Part shown: positions 61,860 through 64,000 of the stretch, in pieces
Layout: every line of letters starts with the position of its first letter
Numbering within the stretch: the stretch's first letter is position 1
NCBI GenBank assembly: GCA_951406725.2
Contig: OX597818.1
Span: 77,004,001-77,068,000 of the forward strand
Length of the DNA: 64,000 bases
Source: Octopus vulgaris
Lineage: Eukaryota
Reading direction: 5' to 3'
Notes under the pieces: model-generated
The model's input: only the letters and a program-made list of their open reading frames with translations
What the model was told of the DNA's origin: nothing
The model's database searches: none
Position numbers and translations under genes: made by a program

Positions 61860-63700
61860 CAGACAAATATTTAACCGAAAATAAACCAGATCTGCATTTG
61901 TGGACATGGAGAAAACCTTTGACAAGGTCTCTACTCTCCCATCTGATGCTGCTGCAGAAGCTAGGGGTAGATGAATGGCTAGTGAGAGCTAGCAAAGCTA
62001 TGTACAGGGTTGCTGTCAATAAGGTGAAAATCAGTAGTAATTGTAGCAATGAATTTAGTGTGCTGGTAGGAGTTCTCCAGGGTCCAGTTCTTGACCCCCT
62101 ATTATTTATCAGTCCTCCAGGCTATAAATGAGTTTAACCCTTTCGTTACTATATTTCTGACCAAAATACACCCCTTATGTGTTTCAATTAATTTCTAATA
62201 TAATCATAAATTTAGTCTGGTTTCATTAAACAACTATAACTTTTTTATTTATCAATATATTAACGTGAATTTTGGAAGATAATTTAATTAAATGTTCTCA
62301 ACCAATTCTATAATATAATTTTTGTCACAAAGTGACTCTAATTGCAGGTAGATACAGGTAAATTCAACAAAATATAAAATTATTAAAATTTTGTTCAAAC
62401 ATCACTATAGAAAATGGGTTATTAGCTAATATTCAATTGGGTATACAACAAAATTTTACGATAGAATTTGTTATTCTGGGTAACTTTCTGATACCCATAA
62501 TAATATTTATGGCAAAATAGTCTTAATTTCTATCCTTTCTTTCGCTTTGTTTACATTTAGCGTAACGGTTTGTTTCCGTCGTAATGATTTCAAACAGGCT
62601 CATTCAAAAAAGTAAAAAGAAATAGTCTAAGGCTTTACTCTTCTGGGAAAGTCTGTGGCTTGGTCCAGTTTCTTCAGAAAAATCACCGAAAGAAACAGTT
62701 TTTAAATTTTCACTCCATTCAGGTGCCAATTCATTTTCTTTATCGCTGTCGGAGCTCTCGGATTCACTGTTTTCACTTTCGGAAAATGAAACATCAGATT
62801 CATTATCAAATACCACATGCTTTTTTTTTTCAGTCATAGAGTTAGATTTATGAAGGTCTTCAGTAGAAAATCCTTCGAATTCTGACTCGCTGCTTGATAT
62901 AATGAAATTCGTATCCATTTTTTGTCAGAATTACAAATTTTGAAAACACAATAGGAACAAATTTCGGAAAAAAATCTCCCAAAATTCACGGAATTAAAAT
63001 TACACTTCGATTTTTGTACAAAACTGTAGTTGAACTGTTTATGAAGTATAATACGTATTTTCACGAATGTACTAAAGAGATTTGCTCTGATATTCTCATT
63101 TAAATATGAATAGGTAAATTCAGGCGGCATTGGGCGGTTTGGTCACATTAACCAAAATTTGTTTCGGGCGGTTTGGTAACGAAAGGGTTAATACTGGTTG
63201 CCTATAGGAGCTCTTTGATTCTGATGACCTTGTCCTTATAGCTGATTCCAAAGTATAATTAGAAAAGAAATTACAGGAGTTAAAGTAAAACCTGGAATCA
63301 AAAGGCCTTAGAGTTAACTTAGCAATGGCCAAAATCCTACAAAGCAGTAAAGCAGACAAATTACTAATCCCTTTAAGGAAATGGCCCTGCTTGATATGTA
63401 CAAAAGTTGTAGGTAGAAATTGCATATGGTGTACCCAATGTAAGCTTTCAACACCTAAGTGGTGCAATAGAATCACAAGAAGGTTAGCATAGAAAGTAGT
63501 TTTTGTGTATAGATGTGCAGGAACAATAAGCACTAAGACCACACAGGAAATAGTTTTCCTCAAATGCCCAGATTTTTTAGAGGTAGCTCATGGTTTGTTA
63601 CCTAAGTGACCTAATTTGCAGTGGAGCAGGATGTTCCTGAAGTGTAGTCACTAGAATGAGAACCAGATGGAAAAGTCTTTCTATCAATAAGAGGCTTCTT
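61860..63700 (+). mobile_element. Decayed RTE RT fragment, split by piggyBac
   Basis: QKLGVDEWLVRA...QGPVLDPLLFI before the insertion; DDLVLIA, LESKGLRVNL and WPCLIC after it. Confidence 0.85.
62138..63187 (-). mobile_element. Internally deleted piggyBac transposon
   Basis: TTAA duplications (62134-37, 63188-91) and perfect TIRs CCCTTTCGTTAC/GTAACGAAAGGG. The minus ORF 62604-62918 is an acidic piggyBac-like N-terminus (W...F....GP...DYF.LLF) with no catalytic domain. Confidence 0.88.
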
Positions 63701-63840
63701 TTTAACTATGAAACAAAGCTCCATCACTGGAATTTAAATAGCAAAAGTAATATTCATGTATGCATGTCTGAGTATGTATATAAATATATATGTATATATG
63801 TATTTATTAATATATGTATGTACAATTTATTTTCCTGTAA

Positions 63841-63945
<105 letters not shown>

Positions 63946-64000
63946 TAATAATAATCTTTCTTACTTTATTTACCATTTCTTCATAGTTCTGTAAATATGT

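Overview
This is repeat-dense, AT-rich eukaryotic genomic DNA. The SINE families and the abundant RTE LINE with (CAT)n tails suggest a coleoid cephalopod, most probably Octopus; this is an inference, not a database result. One host gene is well supported: a plus-strand DCAF8/WDR42A-like WD40 gene with four in-frame coding exons (38391-39402, 55335-55444, 58424-58564, 63844-63938) that continues past the window. A candidate promoter and non-coding first exon lie near 8.5-9.6 kb. The rest is mostly mobile DNA: a near-intact full-length RTE LINE (26131-30814, minus) with a PHD-like finger and many RTE fragments, tRNA-derived SINEs, a deleted Gypsy element, mariner and piggyBac derivatives, Helentron-type and Helitron remnants, a CR1 3' end, and decayed Penelope-like elements. 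The most notable signal is three large palindromes next to microsatellites. One carries a complete minimal hammerhead ribozyme core with an unusually long helix II, and further hammerhead relics occur nearby. Together these suggest a Penelope-dependent, non-coding palindromic ribozyme retroelement family. Most short ORFs in the supplied track are microsatellite or SINE artefacts.
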